57,254 nt of DNA from an uncultured virus (IMG/VR IMGVR_UViG_3300025277_002331) (lineage: Duplodnaviria; Heunggongvirae; Uroviricota; Caudoviricetes), in IMG/VR virus record IMGVR_UViG_3300025277_002331, positions 62,001 to 119,254 of that record; one strand, 5' to 3'. The position numbers and the translations under genes are program-made. Shown piece by piece: positions 1 to 10,158 of the stretch (position 1 is its first letter; each line of letters starts with the position of its first letter). A model generated the notes under the pieces. The model saw only the letters and a program-made list of their open reading frames with translations, did no database searches and was not told the origin of the DNA.

Positions 1-316
1 CTGCGTGGTTTCTTACATTCTCCAATTCGATTGGAAAATTATACACTCCACGAAGATGTTCTACTGCCTCTTTGTCTTTAAAGTTTTCACCAAATCCTAA
101 GTCGTTTGCTGCGGCAAGTACAGATGATATATCTATTACTGAAGATTCTTCAAATACCTTCTTTAGGCATTTGTAGATTATCTGATTTTCTTCGATAACA
201 AAACTGTCTGACTCTACTATACCGTCTACATCTACAAAGGCATCTATACCATGGGAACATATTCCAGACAGAACCGCCCTTTCTGCCGCCGGATTATGCA
301 ACATGCTTTGCGACAT
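1..316 (-). CDS. Replicative DnaB-like helicase, N-terminal part (runs off window)
   Basis: Manual translation from ATG at 316: MSQSMLHNPAAERAVLSGICSHGIDAFVDVDGIVESDSFVIEENQIIYKCL; AERAVLSG and NQIIY resemble the DnaB N-terminal domain; near recA. Confidence 0.65.
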   Translation of the reverse strand, partial: MSQSMLHNPAAERAVLSGICSHGIDAFVDVDGIVESDSFVIEENQIIYKCLKKVFEESSVIDISSVLAAANDLGFGENFKDKEAVEHLRGVYNFPIELENVRNHA

Positions 317-780
317 TAACCGACACACCTTTCACATACGTAAAAATCCCTCTTAAGGGATGGGCTAACTTTATAACTTTTTTGACACTTACTACACGTT
401 ACATCTGCTTTGATTGACTTCCTTCTGGTTCTAGGAACCGGCGGATTGGCAGAATCATCTATAAGATTTTTTTTATCTTCTGATACAATAGACCCATCAT
501 CAGTCCATTCGTTTTCTCTCTCTCCTCTATAAATCGGTTCAGACCTAGTTCTTCCTCCTGTGGAAGACTGGACCGTCTCTTCGCTTCGGGCCGGGGCTAT
601 GAAATCTTCTTTGTGAGATGAAACAACTTCATCCGCGAGGGGATGTTTTTCCAGTTTAGGCTCGACTTCATCAGAGTTATGTTCTACACTCTCCCCTGTT
701 AAACTTTTAAACCCATCTGCTACGACACTCATGTCGTTTTTCTGAATGCCTTCCCTTATTAAGTCAATGGGACTGCTCAT
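316..780 (-). CDS. Hypothetical protein with C-terminal zinc ribbon
   Basis: CSKC...CERC; overlaps neighbours in an operon-like manner. Confidence 0.6.
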   Translation of the reverse strand: MSSPIDLIREGIQKNDMSVVADGFKSLTGESVEHNSDEVEPKLEKHPLADEVVSSHKEDFIAPARSEETVQSSTGGRTRSEPIYRGERENEWTDDGSIVSEDKKNLIDDSANPPVPRTRRKSIKADVTCSKCQKSYKVSPSLKRDFYVCERCVG

Positions 781-1265
781 GAGTATGCCTTCCTCTTACT
801 TAGTTCTGTTAAAACATCTGCCATCTTTCTGACATCTCTTATTTTTTCCTGAAGTCTATCTACCCTTGCTTGTGCGTGCTTTCTAATTGTTTCTAGTTTT
901 TCTGCAAACGGATTTTGATTAATAATTTGCTGCTGTTTTATATCATGCTTAGTGTACTTGCCATACTGGTCAATCTCTACAGAAACTATTCTTCTTATAT
1001 TGTCTAAAGCAAAGTTTAGCTTTACTATGTTCTGGTTATGCTCGTCTTGCAGGTAGTTAGCATAGCCATGAAGAACATATGATTTATGCAAGCACTCTTC
1101 AGACGTTAACCTAGAAAGAGCCTCTGTAGTAAGATTTAAAGCCTCTGCCGCCTCTAGGTTAAAACCTACGACGTTCAGAGACTTTGAGTTTATGTAGTTG
1201 TCTACAGCTTGTTCGAATTTAGCCAGACGTTCCGATGGCGTTAAGGATTGATTTTCTCCACTCAT
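777..1265 (-). CDS. Helical/coiled-coil protein, possibly UvsY-like recombination mediator
   Basis: Size, helical composition and position between recA and helicase; no diagnostic motif. Confidence 0.35.
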   Translation of the reverse strand: MSGENQSLTPSERLAKFEQAVDNYINSKSLNVVGFNLEAAEALNLTTEALSRLTSEECLHKSYVLHGYANYLQDEHNQNIVKLNFALDNIRRIVSVEIDQYGKYTKHDIKQQQIINQNPFAEKLETIRKHAQARVDRLQEKIRDVRKMADVLTELSKRKAYS

Positions 1266-1653
1266 CTGGACCTTCTCTGTAATCTAGTACCGCCATGTAA
1301 ATATTATTAATACTGCACCATTCTTGTTTGTCTCTGTCCCTAGCCTTTGATTGATAAAAGTCTCTCTTGCTCTTATGGTAAAATTCATTATATGAATAGT
1401 GCTGCTCTCCGTGAACTTCTACTACTAGTGGTCTATCTGGGATAAAGAAATCTGCATATAATATAGAATTTCTAGTCGCAGTCCTTGTACCGGGAAGGGA
1501 AACTTCCTCAAGTATTATAGACCGTGGGAACAGGTCACGCAAGGTCAATCTGGCCAGTTTGTGGGGAGCGGAAGCCTTGCGAGAACGGCGTCGTTTGGAG
1601 TCCTTGGAGAAGTTCCATCCGCGTTCCCTCCCGTCCAACCCGACTACCCTCAC
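1219..1653 (-). CDS. DUF559/Vsr-like PD-(D/E)XK endonuclease
   Basis: ADFFIP...VVEVHGEQHY...RDRDKQEWC motif pattern. Confidence 0.7.
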   Translation of the reverse strand: MRVVGLDGRERGWNFSKDSKRRRSRKASAPHKLARLTLRDLFPRSIILEEVSLPGTRTATRNSILYADFFIPDRPLVVEVHGEQHYSYNEFYHKSKRDFYQSKARDRDKQEWCSINNIYMAVLDYREGPDEWRKSILNAIGTSG

Positions 1654-2744
1654 AGCATCTCCCTGATATCATTCTCAAGAATTTCCATAAGGAAGCTGTT
1701 CCCTTCTAAGAAGTTGTACAGACGCTCCTGTCCTTGAAATTTAAAGAACTTGGTCACTGATTCTATGTTTGATGAGTCAACTTCATTATCAGAAAGAAGC
1801 TTGGAAACAGACGGGTTGATAAGATTCTTCTCTTCTTCTAGAACGAAATCACACTTATACCAAGAGCCAGCTTTTGAAACCAAGCCAAACTCAAGAGCCA
1901 TGTTTATGATTTCTTGAGTCCTATCTATTCCAATTCCGTATTTAATCCAGCTTTGAGCCTCGCCTCCGGGGAACCCACCGGCAGAGGAGCAGAGGACTCT
2001 CCAGTTGACCATCTGACCAATCTGTTTTCCCCCGGCTTCCCAAGGTCTTGTATTCTTTATCTCTAAGTGGGTGTCGACTTGATACCTAATCTTTACGCCG
2101 CTGTCAGCTATCTTAGTTTTTCCATATCCAGTTGTATTGGCAATAAAGTGGGTTATCATTATAATGATACTTTTTTGCCTAGGGACAACATTGCCAAGAC
2201 GCTTGGTAAAGTTACTTAATATCTTAGGTAGCCCTGCTCTAAACTGGCCACTCACTTCGTCCATTAGTTCTCTGGACGGAATTAAAGAAGACACGGAGTC
2301 TATAATCACAACGCAGTTAGGCTCGGCTCTGACATACTTCTCGACTATGTCAAGGTAGTCTTCAGCACTAATTGGTTCATCTTCAGACTCAACGATTTTT
2401 ATTTTTTCTTTTTCAAGGCCCTTGATACCACCAAGGTTCATAGATTTAAGTCTTCCCTCGGCATTAATATATACTATTGGCCTCTCACCATGTTCTTTGC
2501 TTTGACAAGTTGCAGCAAACTGCAAGGCAGTCGTTGTCTTGCCACTCTTTGGGTCTCCAGTGAGTATTACCCAGCTACCTTCCTTTATGCCACCACCCAG
2601 AGCCAAATCAAGCGCCGGTGTAAAAGGAATAACCTCTAGATTTTCGCTTTCATCAAATACGGTAGTTCCACTCCTAACTACCTTGCCGTATTTCTTCATT
2701 ACCTCTCGGGTAGTATCGTCGTTAAAATCTGATGCCTTAGCCAT
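1650..2744 (-). CDS. recA: RecA/UvsX-like recombinase
   Basis: LDLALGGG, Walker A GDPKSGKTT, Walker B VIIDSVSSL, C-terminal KAGSWY and FQGQE. Confidence 0.9.
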   Translation of the reverse strand: MAKASDFNDDTTREVMKKYGKVVRSGTTVFDESENLEVIPFTPALDLALGGGIKEGSWVILTGDPKSGKTTTALQFAATCQSKEHGERPIVYINAEGRLKSMNLGGIKGLEKEKIKIVESEDEPISAEDYLDIVEKYVRAEPNCVVIIDSVSSLIPSRELMDEVSGQFRAGLPKILSNFTKRLGNVVPRQKSIIIMITHFIANTTGYGKTKIADSGVKIRYQVDTHLEIKNTRPWEAGGKQIGQMVNWRVLCSSAGGFPGGEAQSWIKYGIGIDRTQEIINMALEFGLVSKAGSWYKCDFVLEEEKNLINPSVSKLLSDNEVDSSNIESVTKFFKFQGQERLYNFLEGNSFLMEILENDIREML

Positions 2745-3168
2745 CTAGTTCCCTCAGTTTTCCTATCTTCGTTTGTTTTCCGTAAGGTTTCCTTGGTTGA
2801 GATTCAGTAGAGTCTTTGTACTCTTTAGCAGACGAAGACTCTTTTTGTAGCCGGGCTTCTTCTGCCCTAATAAGGTCTTCTAGTCCGGGGAATCTCAGTG
2901 AATATATTTTTTTTCCACGAGCCGTATTGAGAGCAGCGACCACGGCTCTGTCGTCGTGCTTATTTGTAAGACGATTTGCTTCTATGACCTGAAGCTGGTA
3001 AGTTTTTTTCCACTTGGGAGTATTCCAGAACTTATACGCCAAAGAACCTTCATTAGATTTCTCAGCCATCCTTTGGCACATAAGCTCTGCCACATATTGA
3101 GCAGACGTACAATAGTCCCCCGTGGAGGGAGATTTGTACCGACTGCTTTCGCTTCTATTCTTTGTCAT
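2737..3168 (-). CDS. Hypothetical protein
   Basis: 143-aa ORF coupled to recA start. Confidence 0.6.
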   Translation of the reverse strand: MTKNRSESSRYKSPSTGDYCTSAQYVAELMCQRMAEKSNEGSLAYKFWNTPKWKKTYQLQVIEANRLTNKHDDRAVVAALNTARGKKIYSLRFPGLEDLIRAEEARLQKESSSAKEYKDSTESQPRKPYGKQTKIGKLRELDG

Positions 3169-3595
3169 GTCTTGATATTAAACAATCACCTGCGGTAGTT
3201 GCGTTTCTAAGTTCGGCTCCCTCTTTTATAAGTTCGGGAACTTTCCATTTTTCAACACGAAGCATTCCATCATTCAAGGTTCCAACTATATATAATTCAT
3301 TTGTTATATTTGATGTCATAAATGCAGACGCGCCCTTGCAGAAATAAAACCCATCCGCATCTTCTCCGATATCAATTTCATGAGAACGAAAAGCAACTTT
3401 CATACTCTTTATAAAAAGACCCGCGTCTTGACAGTGCTGCTTAAGCCTTATCCAAGCGCTTTCTGGATAAACACCCGGCCTATAGTCATCCTGAAATACT
3501 GTCGTACCGTCAGAAAGAACAACAGACCATATGACACTCTTATCGCAACACTGTCCTAGATATACGTCAGGCTCTGTACATATGCTAGCTGTCAT
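3155..3595 (-). CDS. Hypothetical protein (start probably MTASIC at 3595)
   Basis: The longer ORF-track start overlaps the upstream gene by about 95 nt. Confidence 0.55.
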   Translation of the reverse strand: MTASICTEPDVYLGQCCDKSVIWSVVLSDGTTVFQDDYRPGVYPESAWIRLKQHCQDAGLFIKSMKVAFRSHEIDIGEDADGFYFCKGASAFMTSNITNELYIVGTLNDGMLRVEKWKVPELIKEGAELRNATTAGDCLISRHDKE

Positions 3596-3929
3596 TGTCT
3601 GGCTTAATTTTATGAATCGATTGGCTATGTCTGTTATGCTGTCTGTTCTTGAGATATTCAGGTCTCTTTTCATCAGCAAGCATCGAGGCTTGGGGGGTCA
3701 TAGTAGTAACACCCCTGTCCTCCTTTCTTGCCATCAGATTTCCAACCTTCATACTGCTGTCTTCTTCTGTTTGTTCGGAAGAATCTTCGGGCTGAGTTCC
3801 AATACGGTTTTTGACAATCTTTTCGCTTCTGTTTAGCTCTTCTGCGAGTTCCTTTACTGGTGTATCTAGATGATTGTCTATATAAAATTTTTCTGCCTTG
3901 GTCAGTGGTCCTTTTCTCTTAGACATCAA
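3585..3929 (-). CDS. Hypothetical protein with possible HTH
   Basis: TPVKELAEELNRSEKIVKNRI is HTH-like. Confidence 0.5.
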   Translation of the reverse strand: MMSKRKGPLTKAEKFYIDNHLDTPVKELAEELNRSEKIVKNRIGTQPEDSSEQTEEDSSMKVGNLMARKEDRGVTTMTPQASMLADEKRPEYLKNRQHNRHSQSIHKIKPDNDS

Positions 3930-4254
3930 ACATATACCTTTCTGCTGTGGTTAAAAATCTTCCATTTCTTGTTTTCAGATAAGTCATATAGTTTCTATAT
4001 ACGTTTTCTGAAACTTTTTTCAGGGGAAATTCTATGGAGTTTGCCTTGCTTGCATATGTTCCCCAAGGGTCGAATAGTCGGCCTCTTCCAGTCTTAACAA
4101 AGAATGTAGAGATTCCGGTTTTTCCATTCACTACTTGTTTTGCATAAGCAAGCTTGCTTTTCTCTGAGACTATATCTCCCTTGGTGGTATAGCATGTGGT
4201 TGTTGTAATTTTTGGAAGGTCTTTTTCAAAAGACTTTAGTGTATCTTCATCCAT
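3919..4254 (-). CDS. Hypothetical protein
   Basis: ORF in tightly packed minus-strand run. Confidence 0.55.
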   Translation of the reverse strand: MDEDTLKSFEKDLPKITTTTCYTTKGDIVSEKSKLAYAKQVVNGKTGISTFFVKTGRGRLFDPWGTYASKANSIEFPLKKVSENVYRNYMTYLKTRNGRFLTTAERYMFDV

Positions 4255-4471
4255 CTTCTTTCCCCATGAAATTTCTTATCTGGTTGACAGTATTCTTAAT
4301 GCAATCATACTTGTCGACCCCATCAACCCAGAGAACGAAGGTTTCATCCAGCCCAGACTTCTTTAAATCCTCTGGGTCTATCGTGTCGCCACTGCATTCT
4401 CCCGTTTTCATAACCTCATGCACGCCAAGCTGGCAGTAAAGTATAGCCCTGTGTGGAGCAGAGTTCCCCAT
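4247..4471 (-). CDS. Hypothetical protein
   Basis: ORF overlapping neighbouring start/stop codons. Confidence 0.5.
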   Translation of the reverse strand: MGNSAPHRAILYCQLGVHEVMKTGECSGDTIDPEDLKKSGLDETFVLWVDGVDKYDCIKNTVNQIRNFMGKEDG

Positions 4472-4806
4472 TATTTTTTTCCCTTCTGTATATATCTTTG
4501 TCTTTGTTCTTCGGTCATACTTCTAAGCTCTCTTTGTAGCTTCTTTTTTCCCGGTTTCTTTTCATCTACCTTGTCTCTTTCTTTCCTGTCGTCCAGTTCA
4601 TATCTTCCAAGCTTCTTGGTATTTCTTTCAGCCCAGTGCCCAAGAGTTTGAGGCTCTCCTCTTACAAAGATATGAGGACTTCCAAGAACTCTTTCTAGTT
4701 TATGTCTTCCGCATTCCGGGCATTTCTTTTTCTTCGAATCTTTCATACTCTGTACGATTGTAAATCTGTGTTCACACTCAGAGCATAGATATTCATATAA
4801 AGGCAT
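4471..4806 (-). CDS. FmdB-family zinc ribbon protein
   Basis: MPLYEYLCSECEHRF...KCPECG signature. Confidence 0.8.
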   Translation of the reverse strand: MPLYEYLCSECEHRFTIVQSMKDSKKKKCPECGRHKLERVLGSPHIFVRGEPQTLGHWAERNTKKLGRYELDDRKERDKVDEKKPGKKKLQRELRSMTEEQRQRYIQKGKK

Positions 4807-4807
4807 C

Positions 4808-5005
4808 TTACCTCCCGACAGCCTTCTTTATGTCCTCTATTACAGATTCGCTTTCTTCAGGGTTATCTAGAAGCTCTTCACATTTATTTCTTAAGAAGAG
4901 CAAGTCTTCTGAAAGCGTCTTAACAACATTTCCAGTAAAGACAGAGTGCTTTTCTGTAAGGTCTATAATATTCTCTAAATTTTCTTTAGCCTGAATTTTG
5001 CGCAT
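4808..5005 (-). CDS. Hypothetical protein
   Basis: 65-aa ORF in operon. Confidence 0.45.
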   Translation of the reverse strand: MRKIQAKENLENIIDLTEKHSVFTGNVVKTLSEDLLFLRNKCEELLDNPEESESVIEDIKKAVGR

Positions 5006-5669
5006 CTTCTAGTCTATAAAGGATTGCGGATATAATTCCATGCCTAATAACATCGTCGTCGCCAAGCTCCACTATACCAACCCCGTGCAAGCCACGTAAA
5101 CATGATATGCACGTAGACAGCCCTCCTCGCACACGGCTTGGAAGGTCGGTTTGGTTCACATCTCCATTCACCACCGCTTTTGACTTTCTTCCCAGACGAG
5201 TAACGAACATTTTTATCTGTTCTATCGTGGCATTCTGGGCCTCGTCTAATATAATAAATGAGTTATGAAAGTTTCTTCCCCTCATATATTCTAGAGGACA
5301 AACTTCAAGGACATTATTTTTCTTTATGTAGTCTATGCCACTATTAGATATATATTTAGACATTTCATCCATAACAGGAACTAGGTATGGATGTATCTTA
5401 TCATGAAAAGAACCGGGGAGATAACCTAACCCGCCACCAGACTCAACTATTGGTCGCGTAATTATTATCTTTTCTATCTTTCCAGATAATAAATGCTCAC
5501 AGGCTAGGCCAACACATATAGTTGTTTTTCCGCTACCTGCTGGCCCGGAACATATTGTAACGTCGTTCTCTACTATTGCCCTTATGTATTCAGCTTGGTT
5601 AGAAGTTTTAGGAGATAGACTGTGCCTACTATGAACATGTTTATTAAGTTCTGACTTTGGTTTTTTCAT
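4986..5669 (-). CDS. phoH: PhoH-family ATPase
   Basis: GPAGSGKT, ITRP, LGYLPG, YMRGRNF, ILDEAQN, GDVNQTD. Confidence 0.95.
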   Translation of the reverse strand: MKKPKSELNKHVHSRHSLSPKTSNQAEYIRAIVENDVTICSGPAGSGKTTICVGLACEHLLSGKIEKIIITRPIVESGGGLGYLPGSFHDKIHPYLVPVMDEMSKYISNSGIDYIKKNNVLEVCPLEYMRGRNFHNSFIILDEAQNATIEQIKMFVTRLGRKSKAVVNGDVNQTDLPSRVRGGLSTCISCLRGLHGVGIVELGDDDVIRHGIISAILYRLEDAQNSG

Positions 5670-5678
5670 TTTACCTCT

Positions 5679-6134
5679 TTATTTGCCAGAACTACCGAAA
5701 CCCCCTTCTCCTCTGTCAGTGCTATCCAAATCGTTAACTTCCTCTATCCGAAAGTTTGGTACTTCTTGTATTAAAATTTGAGCTATTTTGTCACCGCGAC
5801 TAATAAAATAAGACTTACTACCAAATGGCCACTCTGTTGTTCCGTAGCCCATATTAGAAATACAGACCTTTACTTCTCCCCTATATCCACTGTCAACCAC
5901 TCCAGCGAATCGGTGCAGCCCCTTTACACCCATAGAAGAACGGTCCCATATTAATCCAGCATAACCATCAGGAATTGCCATAGAGATTCCCGTAGAGACT
6001 AATACGGTCCTTCCCGACCTAATCTCCAAGTCCTCGTCAGAATACAAGTCTATTCCGGCGTCTGTGTCATGAGCTTTTGTGGGTAGTTTGGCTGTCTCAG
6101 TCAGCCTTCTTGCCCTTAGTGGCTGATTTGTCAT
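5679..6134 (-). CDS. dut: Trimeric dUTPase (start MTNQPL at 6134)
   Basis: AGIDLY, RSS, GVVDSGYRGE, KIAQ, RGEGGFGSSG motifs. Confidence 0.93.
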   Translation of the reverse strand: MTNQPLRARRLTETAKLPTKAHDTDAGIDLYSDEDLEIRSGRTVLVSTGISMAIPDGYAGLIWDRSSMGVKGLHRFAGVVDSGYRGEVKVCISNMGYGTTEWPFGSKSYFISRGDKIAQILIQEVPNFRIEEVNDLDSTDRGEGGFGSSGK

Positions 6135-6402
6135 TAGACATCTCCTCGTTGTCTTTTTCCTTCTCCTCTGTAACAAACTGTCCAAAACTTGAAGCACACA
6201 TGGGCATATCGGGAGAGGGGAAGTTGTATCGTCCATTAAAATGGAAAACTTTCCCCTCATGTGCATATGATATGTGGACCATGAATCCTTTCCCAACGTC
6301 TATAGCCTCATTAAGACGCAATACGGTGGCCTGTAGGACTTTGTCACCCTCTGGTGTTCTCTGCATGAAGGGTGGCGTTTTTATATTTTTGGTGCTTGAC
6401 AT
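6097..6402 (-). CDS. Hypothetical protein
   Basis: 101-aa ORF filling the gap between RNR and dUTPase. Confidence 0.5.
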   Translation of the reverse strand: MSSTKNIKTPPFMQRTPEGDKVLQATVLRLNEAIDVGKGFMVHISYAHEGKVFHFNGRYNFPSPDMPMCASSFGQFVTEEKEKDNEEMSNDKSATKGKKAD

Positions 6403-6410
6403 TGGGCTTC

Positions 6411-8594
6411 CTAGATAATTTCACAGGCTCCACCAGCACAGGCAATCTCTTGCTCTGGCGTAGTGTTGTCATGTTCCTCTATGCAATTAGTATACTCTAC
6501 TGCGGTATACTCTCTCTTCATGTCTACCCACTCTTTCCAATTGTAGACATCTTTCATGCAATATGTAAGTCTTTTGATGTCTCCATCCATATACTTTTTG
6601 GCAAACTTTTTGCAGCGCTCAACCCATTCACTTTTTCCGTTGCCTTTAATTCTAGTTCCTACTCCTAACAGTCCGTCACAAGCTGACCATAGGTTATCTT
6701 CCCAGAGGTTAAGTGCAACTTCAATTAACCCGCTAACAAACATCGCGCCGTCGCCGTAGTGCGATACCATTTCGCTGGGAAGATACACCGTCGTGAACGG
6801 TGCTTGCGGATAGTCCTTATCTCCACTCAATGGAAGCAGAGAGACGCCACAAAAATACTTTCTGTTTTTGTAGATAAATTTCTCTACGTCTTCCCATTCT
6901 TCTGGCTTTACATTGATTGTGTTAGACACGTTGTGTTGCAGAAACGGCTTAACACAAAGAGAGTCATTTCTTCCGGTCATGACCCAGTTCTGCTGTGTGC
7001 TTTTTACATATTCCAAGAGACCGATAGCACCAATCTGATTCTTCAATTTAGAACCGGAAGGAACCTCTATGCAAAAGCAGATTACGTCGTCGCTGTCGTT
7101 TGCAGACCAGACCGACTCTTCGCATGCTCTCGGATTTGTTTTCTTAAAGTGTTGATATATATCCTCCATCTTATTAGCCTGTACACGTCTAATATAACGC
7201 TTGGCATGATGAGGATGGATACCAGAACTAGTACCAAGAATACAGCTAGCAGTCCCTTCAGGCTTGACACAAGTAGTTCTAGCTGCTGCATTAATCCCGA
7301 TTTTCTTAGCAAGCTCTCTATTCGTTTTCCTAACAACCCTAGCGCCTTGCTTTTGAATCTCGGGGTCCAAACAGATATCGTGACGCTCCATGATTCCTGT
7401 CATAGAAACACCGAGAAGAGCCTCTCTTCTCAGGATTCTCTCGGTAACTTCTCCCAAGTAGGACATCTTTGAGAATCCAGCTTGTAGGGTTCCAATGATG
7501 GACGCCGCCTTGCAAGATTCAAAGAAATCCTTCTTGGTCTTTATTCTGGCACAGTTGATGGTACTAAGATTGCACGCTTGCCAGCCTGTCTCTCCCGTCT
7601 CTTCGTCTACAGGATAGAGTCCAATCTCAACACATGGGTTTACAATAAGCTCAGTGGAATCTGCCCATACAAATCCCGGTTCTCCGAACTCCTTAACCGA
7701 CTCCATCAATGATGTAAATTGTTCAGGACTGGTCTCACCACGCAGTAAAAGAGCAGAGTTATTAGAACGACCACGTTGAGGATTATCATGAAACCAATTG
7801 CCAGTTTTTGCCAGTGCCATCTCTTTGTCGTCTGGTGAAAAAAGACAAATCGTAGCACTCCTACGTACACCGCCAGAAATAACAGCATCGGCAGCATGCA
7901 TGACCACGTCATAAACATCTATAGGTCTCAGTTTTCTAGTTGAAAATAGCGCATCCTTCAATACTTTATCTAAAACTTTCTTAATATTTGTCAGAGCTTT
8001 TTTCAATGGTTCAGGACCGGGCGCCTTGCCAGAGCTTGAGCTTAGATATGAACCAGCGGGCCTGATTTCAGAGTAGTCAAATGATACTGTTTTGCCCACG
8101 TAGTCTAGAAAAAAATCATCCTGCTGGAAATAGCTGTTGACTAAAACGCCAACGGCGTCAGACCACCCTTCTATTGTGTCTGGAATGGTAAATTTTTTAG
8201 TACCATCCTTCTTCTGAACTAGTTTGGGTAACTTTTCTACATGATGTCTTTGGACGGAGAATCCAGTACCGCAACCACACAAAAGAAGATACATGCATTC
8301 CTGAAAAAACCTCGGCCTATCTACATAGGAGGCTATACAATTGTAAATTCTCGCGTTGTGTTTTAGCACGGGGGAGCCTCCAAACTGGAGGGCACGTTGA
8401 GAACCCAGAACGCGCTTTCTATTCATCATGTCATAAGCCCATTCAATTTCCTCTGGGACAGAGGGGTAGGACTCAAGCATCATCCCTTCAACACGTTCTA
8501 CACTTTCCTTCCACGTTTCTCTTCTTTTCTTTTCGGGAATCCATCTGGCGTATTTACCAACAAAAGTATAGTTCTGTAGCTCCGCTACTGACAT
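6411..8594 (-). CDS. nrdJ: Class II (adenosylcobalamin-dependent) ribonucleotide reductase
   Basis: KYARW, YNC, GCGTGFSV, GGVRRSA, NPCVEI thiyl Cys, CNLSTIN, TCVKPEGT, C-terminal ACAGGACEI; no beta subunit in window. Confidence 0.9.
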   Translation of the reverse strand: MSVAELQNYTFVGKYARWIPEKKRRETWKESVERVEGMMLESYPSVPEEIEWAYDMMNRKRVLGSQRALQFGGSPVLKHNARIYNCIASYVDRPRFFQECMYLLLCGCGTGFSVQRHHVEKLPKLVQKKDGTKKFTIPDTIEGWSDAVGVLVNSYFQQDDFFLDYVGKTVSFDYSEIRPAGSYLSSSSGKAPGPEPLKKALTNIKKVLDKVLKDALFSTRKLRPIDVYDVVMHAADAVISGGVRRSATICLFSPDDKEMALAKTGNWFHDNPQRGRSNNSALLLRGETSPEQFTSLMESVKEFGEPGFVWADSTELIVNPCVEIGLYPVDEETGETGWQACNLSTINCARIKTKKDFFESCKAASIIGTLQAGFSKMSYLGEVTERILRREALLGVSMTGIMERHDICLDPEIQKQGARVVRKTNRELAKKIGINAAARTTCVKPEGTASCILGTSSGIHPHHAKRYIRRVQANKMEDIYQHFKKTNPRACEESVWSANDSDDVICFCIEVPSGSKLKNQIGAIGLLEYVKSTQQNWVMTGRNDSLCVKPFLQHNVSNTINVKPEEWEDVEKFIYKNRKYFCGVSLLPLSGDKDYPQAPFTTVYLPSEMVSHYGDGAMFVSGLIEVALNLWEDNLWSACDGLLGVGTRIKGNGKSEWVERCKKFAKKYMDGDIKRLTYCMKDVYNWKEWVDMKREYTAVEYTNCIEEHDNTTPEQEIACAGGACEII

Positions 8595-9037
8595 CAGTTT
8601 TTCCTGTCTTTTTCTTTTGTAGCATGTCCAGACTCTATCATGATTTCTGATACGTCTTTACCATCTATGAAGATATGTCCCAAAACCCTTCCGAAAGTAA
8701 ACACATCCTTAAGCTCGGAATCTTCACTAGCAGGTATGTGGAGGACAGCTTTTATGTATTCCAGTTTTCCGGTGTCTTCGTTTTTCTCTTCTAACAAAAT
8801 TTCTCTTAAATGATTTCTAGCCGCGATTCCTTTTTTCTTTTCCTCTTTATCTCTAGTTCTAATTTCTGAACACCAGCAATCTTTCAGTCTAACTGTCAGG
8901 GTTCTATGTACGTCTACTATAAGAGTGTCTCCGTCATACACTCTTTTTATTTCTACTTCTGTGGTCCAGCCATTTGGAGGTTGTTTCATTTTTCTTAAAT
9001 GCTTGGGTGGTCCATTATGGAATATTCTAGTTGCCAT
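8594..9037 (-). CDS. Thermonuclease (SNase-like)
   Basis: RVYDGDTL, VRL, FGRVLG, VSEIMIESGHA. Confidence 0.85.
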   Translation of the reverse strand: MATRIFHNGPPKHLRKMKQPPNGWTTEVEIKRVYDGDTLIVDVHRTLTVRLKDCWCSEIRTRDKEEKKKGIAARNHLREILLEEKNEDTGKLEYIKAVLHIPASEDSELKDVFTFGRVLGHIFIDGKDVSEIMIESGHATKEKDRKN

Positions 9038-9042
9038 TACTC

Positions 9043-9507
9043 TTAAAAGAACAGACCGTTCCAGCGACCTGACATATCTAAATATGTAATTTCTAATCCG
9101 TTATCTGTAAGATGTTCATAGACAATTTTGTCTTCCTCTGTTTCTCCATGAGCCTTAGACCCTTTCGGAACATACCATTCTTGAACACCGCTTTGCCACA
9201 ACAGCTTTGCACAATTAGCACAGGGTAGATGTGTAATGTAAGCCTTGTAGTAATCAATCTGTTTCACAACTAGATTACTTATAGCATTAGCTTCTGCGTG
9301 TACAATAAATGGATATTTGTCAGGTCTGGTTGTGGGAAGTCCTTCTTCTTTAACATTAGAACAGAAGCCGTTGTACCCGACTCCAACAACCACGTTAGGA
9401 CTACCGACTATAACGCAACCAACTTTAGTTTGAGAGTCATGACTTCTTACGGAGGCGTAGCGAGCCATGCCCATGAAGTATTCATTCCATGACGGTCTCT
9501 CTGTCAT
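9043..9507 (-). CDS. dCMP deaminase
   Basis: RPSWNEYFM, VGCVIV, GYNG, HAEANAI, PCANCAK. Confidence 0.92.
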   Translation of the reverse strand: MTERPSWNEYFMGMARYASVRSHDSQTKVGCVIVGSPNVVVGVGYNGFCSNVKEEGLPTTRPDKYPFIVHAEANAISNLVVKQIDYYKAYITHLPCANCAKLLWQSGVQEWYVPKGSKAHGETEEDKIVYEHLTDNGLEITYLDMSGRWNGLFF

Positions 9508-9593
9508 TGCTTCGCTTATTCTTTCGGCTGCGGTTTTCTCTTTTTAATCGCTTTTTATCGCGCTTGCTCTTCTTTCGTACTGTTTTTCCCATT

Positions 9594-9935
9594 TTACTTC
9601 TTTAGTATGTGCTTAGCTACAATACTGCCTTTCTGTTTTGGCTTAAGGTTTTTAGGAATAAGACAGAGGTCGTATTCCTGTTTAAGCTGTGATGCTTCGG
9701 AGACTATATCATAGTCCCCCCGAAAGCCAAGACACTTTGCAGCCGCCGCAAAATGGGAATCTCCCCCATCTTTGCACACCTCTGCGATGTTGTCAAGGTT
9801 TGAAACGGTGACCCCTGACTCATCGTGCAGGCTTTTAAATAGCTCTGCGCAAGACAGTGTCTTTTTTCGGCTTTCCGGTGGGACTAGATAATTAACTATC
9901 CTTGTTAGGGGTTCTCCCCAATTTCCTAAAGACAT
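9594..9935 (-). CDS. Hypothetical protein
   Basis: 113-aa ORF with AAGGA upstream. Confidence 0.5.
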   Translation of the reverse strand: MSLGNWGEPLTRIVNYLVPPESRKKTLSCAELFKSLHDESGVTVSNLDNIAEVCKDGGDSHFAAAAKCLGFRGDYDIVSEASQLKQEYDLCLIPKNLKPKQKGSIVAKHILKK

Positions 9936-9944
9936 TTTTTTCCT

Positions 9945-10118
9945 TTAAGAGCTTCTTAGACTGTCACCAACAATCCAAGCACCGCCAATAAGAACGATGT
10001 TATTAACTTGCTCTGGATTAAGGTCTAGGCCGAAGATGTTTGTGGTAGTGACAACAATGCCACCAACAGCGACCCAGAATCTTCTAGACTTTAGTAGTAG
10101 TGCGAACTTCTCAGACAT
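9945..10118 (-). CDS. Small two-TM holin-like protein (57 aa, below ORF-track cutoff)
   Basis: Manual translation MSEKFALLLKSRRFWVAVGGIVVTTTNIFGLDLNPEQVNNIVLIGGAWIVGDSLRSS; KSRRFWVA start typical of small holins; GAGGAG RBS. Confidence 0.65.
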   Translation of the reverse strand: MSEKFALLLKSRRFWVAVGGIVVTTTNIFGLDLNPEQVNNIVLIGGAWIVGDSLRSS

Positions 10119-10158
10119 TGTTTCTCCTCAGTAAAAGGTAATACAAAATCCGTTTCAT

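Noticed and set aside
6135..6296. N-terminal extension of dUTPase
   Set aside because: It overlaps ORF 6097-6402 in another frame. A GAGGAG RBS precedes the ATG at 6134, and dUTPase homology begins there.
6411..8594. Intron or intein in the ribonucleotide reductase (also checked in recA)
   Set aside because: Both ORFs are continuous, of ordinary length, and lack intein or homing-endonuclease motifs.
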